From Clostridiaceae bacterium (GTDB taxonomy: Bacteria > Cyanobacteriota > Vampirovibrionia > Gastranaerophilales > Gastranaerophilaceae): DNA of 64,000 bases. How positions within the stretch are numbered: the first letter of the stretch is position 1; each line of letters opens with the position of its first letter. Below, in pieces: positions 38,343 to 47,456 of this stretch. The notes beneath the pieces were generated by a model. That model was not told where the DNA came from. It saw only the letters and a list, made by a program, of their open reading frames with translations, and ran no database searches. A program made the position numbers and the translations under genes. The stretch spans positions 22,299 through 86,298 of the forward strand of contig JALCDS010000005.1 in the NCBI GenBank assembly GCA_022641775.1. The letters are read 5' to 3'.

Positions 38343-39704
38343 CTAGAACATCAATCTGAATAATAAGAATCTCTTATTCAATTTTTCAGAGAATTTTCTC
38401 AAATTGGCTGTTGTAACACAAGCATCTTCCATTGTTTTTGCCAATTCGGTCTTTTTGTCCGGAGTAAGTTTGTTTACAGATTCCAAAGCCGTAGAAACTT
38501 GCATCATCGCAGTATTTGCATTTGTTACTGCAGATTTTAATTCAGATTTAAGTTTTTCATCTCCTGTCATTGAATTTACAGAGGCACTAATTTCATTCAA
38601 ATTATGAATAGATTCTCTCAAATCTTTTGCTAATTGTTCAGACTGCTGTTCGTTACCTATTATTTTGTTAACATTTTTTGCCAACTGATCAACCGAAACA
38701 GAAGTTGAAACTATAGACTTTTTGAATTGAGGATCACCCAAGATATCATTTATATTTGTTGAAACGGCATTGAAATCAGTTGTAGCTTTATCAACCATAG
38801 TCATCAATTTGTCCAAATCAACTTTGGATGCATCCAACAAATTATCAACTTTCAACATTGTTCTTGTTGTTTGAGCCGTCAAATTGTTTACGTTATAAAC
38901 CGACTGTTTCAATTGTGCAATAACGTCATCTGATAACAAATCATTAACCTTTTTGTTTGTTTCTGTCAGAGATTCTGCAGCCTTATATTGCCAATCCATA
39001 AAGTCAGATATTCTCATAGGTTCAACAATTGTATAAGGTGAAGTTTGCTTAGGATAAGGCAAAACCACATCATCCAAAGTTGCAATTCTCAATTTTGCAG
39101 TACCACCTGAATATACAATTTTCCCCTTCAGGAAATTAGGTACAATCAAACCAGGTAAATCTATTATATAATCAACTTTATAAGCATATTTTGTGTTAAC
39201 TTTCTCTTTTAATTCGGCAGGGACAACGTCTTTTGCGACAACTTGAACCCCTCTGATTTTACCGACAGAGTAATATTTATCATCCAATTTCATTTGGACA
39301 TCATCATCTTTATATAAAATTCCCCTGTGATTCATCGGAATATACACCGTTCTAACTTTTGGAGGAGTAATTTCCAAGAATAATTCACCAATCAAGCCTG
39401 ATTGCTGAATAGAAAACATAGATGCTTTCGGAATAGAAACTGTAGGATCTGTAATTACAAATTTCAATTTTACATAACTGTCCGCACCTTTTATGACCGG
39501 AGTAATTTCTTCAACCTGACCAACTCGCAAACCCATCATTTGAACACCGGCACCGGGTCTCATTCCATTAACATCCTTAAAATGAATTTCCATACGTTCT
39601 GCAGAAGAAAAGGCACGCCCTTTAACTTTTAGGATAACTCCCATTAATAATACAAGTGCAATTATCGCCAAAAGACCAACTTTAAATGATGATGAAAATT
39701 TCAT
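38343..39704 (-). CDS. MlaD/MCE-domain protein with long C-terminal helical extension
   Basis: N-terminal TM segment, then an MCE fold (F....GL..G..V...G..VG.V) and about 250 aa of repetitive helical tail. Confidence 0.7.
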   Translation of the reverse strand: MKFSSSFKVGLLAIIALVLLMGVILKVKGRAFSSAERMEIHFKDVNGMRPGAGVQMMGLRVGQVEEITPVIKGADSYVKLKFVITDPTVSIPKASMFSIQQSGLIGELFLEITPPKVRTVYIPMNHRGILYKDDDVQMKLDDKYYSVGKIRGVQVVAKDVVPAELKEKVNTKYAYKVDYIIDLPGLIVPNFLKGKIVYSGGTAKLRIATLDDVVLPYPKQTSPYTIVEPMRISDFMDWQYKAAESLTETNKKVNDLLSDDVIAQLKQSVYNVNNLTAQTTRTMLKVDNLLDASKVDLDKLMTMVDKATTDFNAVSTNINDILGDPQFKKSIVSTSVSVDQLAKNVNKIIGNEQQSEQLAKDLRESIHNLNEISASVNSMTGDEKLKSELKSAVTNANTAMMQVSTALESVNKLTPDKKTELAKTMEDACVTTANLRKFSEKLNKRFLLFRLMF

Positions 39705-39867
39705 TCTGAACCCTTCTCATATTTTAATAACAACTTTATATTATCAAAAAATTTTCAATAATGCAAAATTTTCAAGTAAAAATCATTATTTTAAACGGTT
39801 AAGAAATTTTCTAGCAATTTTTTATTTTTTTATGTTTTATAATAGAGTAGGCAATTTAGGAAAAATA

Positions 39868-41190
39868 ATGATAAAACCAATTTCATCAACAGATTTTAAC
39901 ACAAGTTTTGCTAACGGAATACAACAAAATACAACCTTAAATCATACGGCACCGTTGCCTAATGATACTGTTACGATTCAAAATGCAAATCAAAAAGATT
40001 CAACTAAAAAGAAAAAAAGAAATAAAATTATTGCCGTTACGGCAGGAATACTTGCAACAGCAGGATTGGTTGCTACAGCAATATTTTCAAGAGGACGTAG
40101 CTTAAAACCGGCGAAGTTTGAAGCAAATATAGATTTTACACGTGCAACTTCAATGGAAGATGCAGTTGCATATGCTAAGAAAAATTTTGGAATCAAAAAT
40201 TTTGAACTCGGCGAAGATTTGGACTTAGCAAACTGGGTAAATGAAGGGCTTACAAACATTAATAATCGTTTTAAAGGTAAAGCCCATATGCCGAAAAAAG
40301 TATTCTTAGATGATGCTTATTTTGCAGAGAATCCACATGCTGCAGCATATTGTAATATGTCAAAAGATTTTATCGCCATAAATAAGAAATTAATTGATAC
40401 CGCAGATAACAGATTGGGTGACTATATAAACCAAGGCGAAAAAGCATATGAAAAATATAAAAATACTCAAGCTGGAAGCCTTTATAGTTTTGCATTAGGA
40501 ACGCTCCATCTTTCAAAAAATAATAATGGTGAATGGCTTCAACATTCAGTAAAATTTTTGGATGAAAGTGTTCAAAATGAAATTTTTAGTATGCTTGTAA
40601 AACGAACAGAAAAGCCAAATGAATTCACTAAATTTGATGCTTTACATACAAATCAACTTATTGACGATTTAATAGGTTCTGCAAGAACAATACAGGAAAA
40701 GCCATTAAGTTGTATTGAACAAATGTTTAAAAAACCTACTGTCAGGGAATTTTTGGAAAAACAACCTTCCCATAAAACTATTGAAGAATATAGACAGCTT
40801 AAACCCGAAAACCAACTACAAGCTTGTGTTGATTTGATGGAACTGTTAAATAAGAACAATATTCATGTATATTCAAAAGCTACATGTCGTGCAAACAGTC
40901 AATTCGACTTTTTATATCATGAAATGGGACACTTGTTACATCGTAAAAATACTTCATTATGGGACGATATAAAAGGTGTATTGAGTAAAAAAACAGAAAA
41001 AGAATTTCTTGCAAATGAAGAATATCAAAAAATTGCAAGTCAAATTTCATGGTATGCAAAAAAAGACCCTAAAGAATACGTCGCAGAATGTTTCAATGCA
41101 ATAGTTTCAGGTAGAAAATTATCTGACAAACAAATGGAATTATACAGAAAATTCCGTGGACCTGAAATTGATCAGTTTATAAATAATTAG
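39868..41190 (+). CDS. membrane-anchored HExxH zinc metallopeptidase-like protein
   Basis: ATG 39868 behind AGGAAA. N/Q/T-rich N-terminus, KKKKRNK, and one TM segment. YHEMGHLLH ... PKEYVAECFNA resembles the HExxH...E(Y/F)FAE layout of M34 (anthrax LF / PPEP-like) zincins. Confidence 0.55.
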   Translation: MIKPISSTDFNTSFANGIQQNTTLNHTAPLPNDTVTIQNANQKDSTKKKKRNKIIAVTAGILATAGLVATAIFSRGRSLKPAKFEANIDFTRATSMEDAVAYAKKNFGIKNFELGEDLDLANWVNEGLTNINNRFKGKAHMPKKVFLDDAYFAENPHAAAYCNMSKDFIAINKKLIDTADNRLGDYINQGEKAYEKYKNTQAGSLYSFALGTLHLSKNNNGEWLQHSVKFLDESVQNEIFSMLVKRTEKPNEFTKFDALHTNQLIDDLIGSARTIQEKPLSCIEQMFKKPTVREFLEKQPSHKTIEEYRQLKPENQLQACVDLMELLNKNNIHVYSKATCRANSQFDFLYHEMGHLLHRKNTSLWDDIKGVLSKKTEKEFLANEEYQKIASQISWYAKKDPKEYVAECFNAIVSGRKLSDKQMELYRKFRGPEIDQFINN

Positions 41191-41890
41191 CCAAAATATT
41201 TTTTACATAATTTTGAGTTTCTGCATATGGAGGAACTCCGTCATATTTGTCGACAGCACCGGAACCGGCATTATATGCAGCCAATGCTAAAATAACATTG
41301 CCATGATATTTGTTTAGCATAGATTTTAGATATTTAACCCCACCTTCAACATTCTGTACAGGATTAAAAGGATCTTTTACCCCCAAATGTTTTGCCGTAG
41401 CAGGCATCAATTGCATTAATCCCATAGCTCCAGCCTTTGAACGAGCTTTTGAATTAAATCCTGATTCTTGTTTTATTACAGCTTGAATAAGCTTTTCATC
41501 AACATCATATTTTTTTGAAACTTGAGATACAATATTCAAAATTTGAGATTTTGGAGCTTTTGCATCGTTTACGTTTCCGACAGGCATAGAACTTTCTGCT
41601 TGCAAAGCTTGATTAAGTTCACTTACATTAGCTCCGTTTTGCAAAAGTTCAGCACTAACTTTTCTTAAATTAGGGTTTGTTAAAAGAGAACCGAAATTTA
41701 CACCGGAAGATGCAGCCATAACTTTTTCAAAACTTGGCGTATTATTAACTTTTGAATTCGGATACAAAGTATCTAACGGATTTTGAGCCGTATTGTTGGA
41801 ATTAACCTTTTGAGATAACTGCGCATATCTTTGCATCGCAGTACTTTGTCCACTTGTATTTAACAGATTTTGAATAAATTCTGAAAACAT
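41177..41890 (-). CDS. lytic transglycosylase (SLT domain) without Sec signal
   Basis: QESGFN...GAMGLMQLMP...AYNAG SLT catalytic block. The N-terminal 70 aa or so are N/Q/S-rich and contain TPSFEKV and GVNFGS. Confidence 0.8.
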   Translation of the reverse strand: MFSEFIQNLLNTSGQSTAMQRYAQLSQKVNSNNTAQNPLDTLYPNSKVNNTPSFEKVMAASSGVNFGSLLTNPNLRKVSAELLQNGANVSELNQALQAESSMPVGNVNDAKAPKSQILNIVSQVSKKYDVDEKLIQAVIKQESGFNSKARSKAGAMGLMQLMPATAKHLGVKDPFNPVQNVEGGVKYLKSMLNKYHGNVILALAAYNAGSGAVDKYDGVPPYAETQNYVKNILANYL

Positions 41891-41989
41891 TACCTACCCT
41901 TATCTTGATACTAAAATATTACAACGATATAAAGTATCTGTTATCCTCTATTTGTATTAATGATTTTCAGAGCAATGTCAAACCGAATT

Positions 41990-42724
41990 TTAATATGATT
42001 TTAAAATTAAAGAATTATGAGTTTCATTTTCCAATTTGTCATCAAGTTTTGACAAAGTAAAATGTTCACCATATTTTTTTTCTAAGGCGAGTTCAATCAA
42101 ATAATCTGCAAAATGTGGATTTTTAGGCAAAAGTGAACCATGAAGATATGTGCCAAAAACATTTTTATATCTGCCACCGGCAGTTTTATCAACACCGTTA
42201 TTTCCTGCCCCGACTTTCACAATCCCGATAGGTTTTGTTTCACCCTGTAAATATGTTAATCCGCTATGATTTTCAAATCCTACAAGTGTTTTAGGATTCA
42301 AAAAATCAGTTTCAACAGTAACATTTCCGATAAACCGTTTTTTACCTGCGACAGTATAAGCATCCATCAAAGAAATTCCTAAAAGTTTTTCTTTATCATG
42401 GGGCTGGTAATAATGTCCAAACAACTGATATCCACCACAAATTCCCAAAAACACAGCACCTTTATCACGTTCTATTGTTAGTTTGTCCTTATTTGAATAA
42501 AGTTCAGATGCAACTTCTTCCTGTTGCTTATCTTGTCCGCCGCCAATAAAATACAAATCATAACCGGAAACATCATCACCGATATTAATTTGAGAGACTG
42601 ACACGGAAATACCTCTCCATTCACAACGATTTTTAAGCGTAATGATATTTCCCATATCGCCATATAAATTCAGCAATTTGGGATATAAATGAGCTATTGA
42701 TAAACTTAAATCTCTCTCCTGCAT
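41990..42724 (-). CDS. gatD: GatD-type (CobQ-like) glutamine amidotransferase
   Basis: HLYPKLLNLYGDMGNI N-terminus, nucleophile GICGGYQ, and YLHG His. Confidence 0.75.
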   Translation of the reverse strand: MQERDLSLSIAHLYPKLLNLYGDMGNIITLKNRCEWRGISVSVSQINIGDDVSGYDLYFIGGGQDKQQEEVASELYSNKDKLTIERDKGAVFLGICGGYQLFGHYYQPHDKEKLLGISLMDAYTVAGKKRFIGNVTVETDFLNPKTLVGFENHSGLTYLQGETKPIGIVKVGAGNNGVDKTAGGRYKNVFGTYLHGSLLPKNPHFADYLIELALEKKYGEHFTLSKLDDKLENETHNSLILKSY

Positions 42725-42792
42725 AAAAGAATTATATAATAAAAGTACGAATTTGAAAAAACTTTATACTTATGTAATAATAAAAAAGTTAT

Positions 42793-42864
42793 GCGGAAGT
42801 AATTTAGTGGTAGAATGCTTCCTTCCCAAGGAAGATGTCGCGGGTTCGAGTCCCGTCTTCCGCT
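42793..42864 (+). tRNA. tRNA-Gly (anticodon CCC)
   Basis: Manual cloverleaf. Acceptor GCGGAAG/CTTCCGC. Anticodon arm CTTCC-TTCCCAA-GGAAG. T arm GCGGG-TTCGAGT-CCCGT. Discriminator U. CCA is not encoded. Confidence 0.95.
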
Positions 42865-42889
42865 TTTTAGATTTTGAGGTAATTAAAAA

Positions 42890-43048
42890 TTACGGGAGGA
42901 GAACCCACAAAGCGTGGCTTTGTCTGTGGTTCGAACGCAAACGAGCTGAGGGCGAAGACTTGACTGTGTAATAAACGAAGTTTATGTAACAGACAATCGT
43001 AGTCCCGTTAATAGCGAGTGAGCAAGACAGTCCCCGTCTTCCGCTCCA
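42890..43048 (+). ncRNA. candidate structured RNA co-transcribed with tRNA-Gly, ending in a tRNA-acceptor-like helix plus CCA
   Basis: G+C-rich relative to its flanks. Pairings: GGGCGAAGAC (42950..42959) with GTCTTCCGCTC (43036..43046); GACTGT (42962..42967) with ACAGTC (43027..43032); ATAAAC-GAA-GTTTAT hairpin (42971..42985). No terminator occurs before 43076. Confidence 0.3.
43029..43048 (+). repeat. direct repeat of the tRNA-Gly 3' end (one extra C) followed by CCA
   Basis: AGTCCCCGTCTTCCGCT+CCA here, compared with AGTCCCGTCTTCCGCT at 42849..42864. Confidence 0.9.
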
Positions 43049-43075
43049 TTTTGTTTTTGATTTTATAATAAAAAA

Positions 43076-43102
43076 AGCACAAGAATAAATCTTGTGCTTT
43101 TT
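43076..43102. terminator. bidirectional rho-independent terminator
   Basis: AGCACAAGA-ataaa-TCTTGTGCT, flanked by an A-run and a T-run. It lies between the tRNA/ncRNA unit (+) and the 144-aa ORF (-). Confidence 0.75.
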
Positions 43103-43123
43103 ATTTATAATTATTATTGAATT

Positions 43124-43558
43124 TTAAACATCAATGTCTCTTGCGCTACAGCATTTTGATACAATCCAAGAAATTACACCTACACCGAAAATTGAACCCG
43201 GCAATGTCCATACTGTTTGAGTATGTTTTATTTGTTGAACTAATTCTTTATCTTTTTTTGGATCTAAACCATATTTTTCTGCAACTGTATTATTTGAACG
43301 ACATGCATAATATAAGGTTGAGAAAACTCCTCCAAATATTGTCCATCCTGCTGCTTTATTTCTTGCAGATTTAATTAAATCTTGTTTTTCTTCCGTTGTC
43401 ATATTTGCGGATCTTCCGCATTCATTATCAGTTCTTTCAAAAGCATCACAAGAGTCACAATGTTTGCTGTGACCTGTAAATGGAGTACTGCGTCTTACAC
43501 TTGATAATTGTGATATATTTGGCATTGAATTAACGTTTGAAACCATTAAATTTGACAT
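43124..43558 (-). CDS. hypothetical membrane protein with TPFTG leader
   Basis: 144 aa. S/N-rich N-terminus, CDSCD motif, and two predicted TM segments. Confidence 0.5.
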   Translation of the reverse strand: MSNLMVSNVNSMPNISQLSSVRRSTPFTGHSKHCDSCDAFERTDNECGRSANMTTEEKQDLIKSARNKAAGWTIFGGVFSTLYYACRSNNTVAEKYGLDPKKDKELVQQIKHTQTVWTLPGSIFGVGVISWIVSKCCSARDIDV

Positions 43559-43656
43559 ATTAGTAATAACCTTTCTACTTGTAACTACATAAATACAAAA
43601 GTCAAAACATATAAAAAATTGTCATTACAAACAAAATAGCTTAACAAAATATTACA

Positions 43657-43695
43657 AAGAGAGAGTCAGAAAAATTCCTGACTCTCTCTTTTTTT
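43657..43695. terminator. strong hairpin downstream of PFOR
   Basis: 13-bp stem AAGAGAGAGTCAG / CTGACTCTCTCTT with an 8-nt loop. The T-run is on the plus strand and a weaker T-rich tract is on the minus strand. Confidence 0.55.
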
Positions 43696-43715
43696 GTATT
43701 TATAACAATATATTG

Positions 43716-46700
43716 TTATTTAACCAGTTCGCCGACAGCTTTGTAAACGTTCATTCTAGCTTGAGCGTCTTTTTCAGCTTGTGCATAAAGTTCTTCAGCA
43801 GCAGCCGGGTTCGTCTTCATCAATGATTTATAACGACCTTCACTTCTGATAAAGTCTTGATAGCTTCCGTTAACAGCTTTAACATCCCAGCTAAATGGAG
43901 TTTCATTTGCCGGATTGTATCTGTATAATGGGAAGTAACCAGCATCAACTGCACGTTTTTGTTCAGTTTGTGTTTTACCCATATCAATACCGTGAGCAAT
44001 ACATGGAGCATATGCAAATATGATTGATGGTCCATCATAGCTTTCAGCTTCTTGGAATGCTTTTAGAGTTTGACCTCTATCAGCACCCAATGCAACTGAT
44101 GCAACATAAACATAACCATAAGACATACTCATCAAGCCCATGTTTTTCTTGTAAGTTTTCTTACCGCCTGTAGCGAATTTTGCAACAGCACCGGTTGGAG
44201 TTGACTTAGAAGCTTGACCGCCTGTATTTGAATATACTTCTGTATCAAGAACCAAAACATTAACGTTTTTGCCTTGAGCCAAAACGTGGTCAATTCCGCC
44301 GTAACCGATATCGTTAGCCCATCCGTCACCACCGATTATCCATACTGATTTATCAGTGAAGTAATCTTCAAGTTCACGAACTTTAGCCATATCAGGACAT
44401 CCGCAATCTGCATATTTTGCTAATGCAGCTTTTGCAGCATCTTGAGCTTTTACAGCTTCGTCAGTCTTTGAATTATCCCAATTTGCCATTGCAGCATTTA
44501 GGGCATCTTTCAAATCACTTGGAGTTTTTTCATTATTCAAAACTTTTTCAACAAAAGTTTTCAAAGTTGCTCTGTTTTGGTCTACTGCTAATCTCATACC
44601 GAAACCAAATTCAGCGTTATCTTCAAATAATGAGTTAGCCCAAGCCGGACCTCTGCCATCTTTTCCTTTTGTATAAGGAATTGTTGGGAATGTTCCTGAA
44701 TAAATTGAAGAACAACCTGTTGCGTTAGCAACGATTGCATTTTCACCGAACAATTGTGAAACCAATTTAACGTAAGGAGTTTCACCACAACCTGCGCAAG
44801 CGCCTGAGAATTCAAATAAAGGTTTTCTAAGCATTGCACCTTTAATTGTCTTAGTTGTGTTTTTGCCCATAACGTTATCAGGTAATTCATCAAAGAACTT
44901 AGCATTTTCTTTTTCGCCTAATGATTCTTCTTCTTCAATAGATGACCAAGTTAATGCCTTTTTACCTTCTTGCTTCATAGGACATTGATCCAAGCAAACT
45001 CCGCAACCTGTACAATCTTCGCAATAAACTTGAACTTTGAACTTTTCATCAGCCAAAGCAGGTTTTGCAGGAACTGTTTTGAATGAAGCAGGAGCATTTT
45101 TCAAATCCTTTTCTTCAACCAATTTAGTTCTTATTGCAGCGTGAGGACATGCTGAAGCACAAATTCCGCATTGAATACAGAATTCAGAGTTCCAATGAGG
45201 AACACGAGGAGCAATTCCACGTTTTTCTAAACATGCTGTACCTGTAGGAATTACGCCATCACAAGACATAGCTGAAACAGGAATGTCGTCGCCTTTTTGT
45301 CTCATTGAAGGTTCAATGATTTTCTTAGCAAATTCATCTGCATCATCAGGAATCATCTTAACTTCAGGAGCACAATCAACACCATCTAATGATGATGGAA
45401 CAACAACTTCTTCACAAGCATTAATAGCTGCATCAATCAAAGCTAAGTTCATATTAACAACATCGTCACCCTTTTTCTTGAATGTCTTAGTTGTCATAGC
45501 CTTCATACCTTCATAAGCTTGTTCAAACGGAATAATTCCTGAAACTTTGAAGTATGCAACCATCATAACTGTGTTAGCACCCTTGCCACGAAGACCAGGT
45601 TGTTGTTTAATCAATTCTTCAGCATTAACATTGTAGAATTTGATTTTCTTTTCAATGATAGTTTTTTGCATTGCGCGAGTAAGGTGAGAGAAAGCTTCTC
45701 CTTTTGAATATGGTGAATTCAACAAGAATGTACCGCCTTCTTTGATACCTTTTAACATATCATATCTGCCGATATAAGCATGAGCAGAACAAGATACAAA
45801 ATCAGGTGCAGTAATCAAATATGTAGATTTAATCGGTTTGTCCCCAAAACGTAAGTGAGAAACAGTTACACCGAAAGACTTTTTAGAGTCATAAGCAAAA
45901 TATGCTTGAGCATCTTTTTCAGTGTATTGACCGATAATTTTAATTGAGTTTTTGTTAGCACCAACAGTACCATCTGAACCCAAGCCCCAGAACATACAGT
46001 TTGTAGTACCTTTTGGTTCTGTAACGATGTGTTCTGAATAATCAAGAGATTTATTTGTAACATCATCATTGATACCAACTGTAAATCCGTGGAATCCGTT
46101 GTTGGCTAAGTGTTTGTAAACAGCCAAAACCATTGACGGTGTAAATTCTTTAGAAGATAAACCGTAACGACCACCGATAATTGTTAAACCTTTGTTTTCC
46201 AAAGCTGCAACAACATCTAAGTATAAAGGTTCACCGATTGAACCAGGTTCTTTAGTTCTATCAAGAACTGCAATACGTTTAACAGATGATGGCAAAGTAG
46301 CCTTAAATCTTTCAACGTCGAACGGTCTGTACAATCTAACTTTAACCAAGCCGTATTTAGTTCCGCGAGTTTCATTTAAGTATTCGATTGTTTCTTCAAT
46401 AGTTTCACAACCAGAACCCATAGCAACGATTACGTCTGTAGCGTCAGGAGCTCCAACATAATCAAACGGATGATATTGACGACCTGTAACTTTTGCAACT
46501 TTGTCCATATATTCTTGAACGATATCAGGAACAGCATTATAATACTTGTTAACTGTTTCACGTCCTTGGAAATATACATCGGTATTTTGAGCACCAACTT
46601 TGGAAACAGGAGCTTCCGGACGAAGTGCACGTTTTTTGAATTCTTCAATATATTTTGGTTCTACAAGTGAAGCGATATCTTCATATGAAATTTCTTCAAT

Positions 46701-47246
46701 TTTATGAACTTCATGAGATGTTCTAAATCCATCAAAGAATTGCAAGAAAGGAACTTTAGCTTTGTAAGTAGAAAGGTGAGCAACAAGTGCCATATCCATT
46801 TCTTCTTGAACAGAGTTAGCTGCTAACATTGCATATCCTGTATTTCTGCAACCCATAACGTCTGAATGATCGCCGAAGATTGCTAATGATTGAGCTGCAA
46901 TTGCACGAGCTGCAACGTGAATAACGTGAGGAAGCATTTCCCCTGCTACTTTATGCATTACAGGAATCATTAATAATAAACCTTGAGAGGCTGTGTAAGT
47001 TGATGTCAAACAACCTGCAGCAAGAGAACCATGAACAGCACCTGCTGCACCTGCTTCTGATTGCATTTCGGCAACTGAAACTTCTTTGCCCCAAATATTT
47101 TGTTTGTGTTGTGAAGCCCATTCATCAATCCACTCACCCATTGTAGATGATGGAGTGATCGGGTAAATTGCGGATACTTCGCTCAATGCATACGCAACGT
47201 GCGCTGCGGCGTAGTTTCCGTCAACTGTTATTGTTTTTTTTGGCAT
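43716..47246 (-). CDS. nifJ: pyruvate:ferredoxin (flavodoxin) oxidoreductase
   Basis: 1176-aa single-chain PFOR. Two CxxCxxCxxxCP motifs and the TPP motif GGDGWANDIGYGG. Confidence 0.95.
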   Translation of the reverse strand: MPKKTITVDGNYAAAHVAYALSEVSAIYPITPSSTMGEWIDEWASQHKQNIWGKEVSVAEMQSEAGAAGAVHGSLAAGCLTSTYTASQGLLLMIPVMHKVAGEMLPHVIHVAARAIAAQSLAIFGDHSDVMGCRNTGYAMLAANSVQEEMDMALVAHLSTYKAKVPFLQFFDGFRTSHEVHKIEEISYEDIASLVEPKYIEEFKKRALRPEAPVSKVGAQNTDVYFQGRETVNKYYNAVPDIVQEYMDKVAKVTGRQYHPFDYVGAPDATDVIVAMGSGCETIEETIEYLNETRGTKYGLVKVRLYRPFDVERFKATLPSSVKRIAVLDRTKEPGSIGEPLYLDVVAALENKGLTIIGGRYGLSSKEFTPSMVLAVYKHLANNGFHGFTVGINDDVTNKSLDYSEHIVTEPKGTTNCMFWGLGSDGTVGANKNSIKIIGQYTEKDAQAYFAYDSKKSFGVTVSHLRFGDKPIKSTYLITAPDFVSCSAHAYIGRYDMLKGIKEGGTFLLNSPYSKGEAFSHLTRAMQKTIIEKKIKFYNVNAEELIKQQPGLRGKGANTVMMVAYFKVSGIIPFEQAYEGMKAMTTKTFKKKGDDVVNMNLALIDAAINACEEVVVPSSLDGVDCAPEVKMIPDDADEFAKKIIEPSMRQKGDDIPVSAMSCDGVIPTGTACLEKRGIAPRVPHWNSEFCIQCGICASACPHAAIRTKLVEEKDLKNAPASFKTVPAKPALADEKFKVQVYCEDCTGCGVCLDQCPMKQEGKKALTWSSIEEEESLGEKENAKFFDELPDNVMGKNTTKTIKGAMLRKPLFEFSGACAGCGETPYVKLVSQLFGENAIVANATGCSSIYSGTFPTIPYTKGKDGRGPAWANSLFEDNAEFGFGMRLAVDQNRATLKTFVEKVLNNEKTPSDLKDALNAAMANWDNSKTDEAVKAQDAAKAALAKYADCGCPDMAKVRELEDYFTDKSVWIIGGDGWANDIGYGGIDHVLAQGKNVNVLVLDTEVYSNTGGQASKSTPTGAVAKFATGGKKTYKKNMGLMSMSYGYVYVASVALGADRGQTLKAFQEAESYDGPSIIFAYAPCIAHGIDMGKTQTEQKRAVDAGYFPLYRYNPANETPFSWDVKAVNGSYQDFIRSEGRYKSLMKTNPAAAEELYAQAEKDAQARMNVYKAVGELVK

Positions 47247-47456
47247 AATTTTTAAATACCCTCCTTATTTAATTCCATTCTAATAACAAGTTACTATATT
47301 AAAAAACATACCGCAAAGATGATTAGATTACAACTTTTTTTATCTTAAATTCTTATTAATATTTTACGTTTTTGTAATGATTTGTTAAATTATAGCAATT
47401 TTTTATATTGATTGTTTTACTATAGTGCAAGTGCACAAAATAAAGGTTTTAATCTT

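Noticed and set aside
42753-42971. 72-aa ORF in the supplied track that runs through the tRNA-Gly gene and the G+C-rich spacer.
   Set aside because: It overlaps a perfect tRNA cloverleaf. It has no RBS and a non-ATG start. The composition is explained by structured RNA rather than coding sequence.
42890-43048. Whether the structured segment after tRNA-Gly is a tmRNA (standard or permuted) or a group I intron.
   Set aside because: tmRNA: the terminal helix has no G3:U70 pair. The discriminator and 3' end copy tRNA-Gly (U+CCA), not Ala. No tag ORF or pseudoknot series is evident in about 160 nt.

Group I intron: the tRNA is complete and folds without splicing. Its anticodon loop is uninterrupted. 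Using the second 3' copy would break the T stem because of the extra C. The P7-like pairing alone is insufficient.
43820-46670. Multiple 60-100-aa ORFs on both strands inside the PFOR gene.
   Set aside because: They are alternative-frame or antisense shadows of a 1176-aa gene with unambiguous full-length PFOR motifs.
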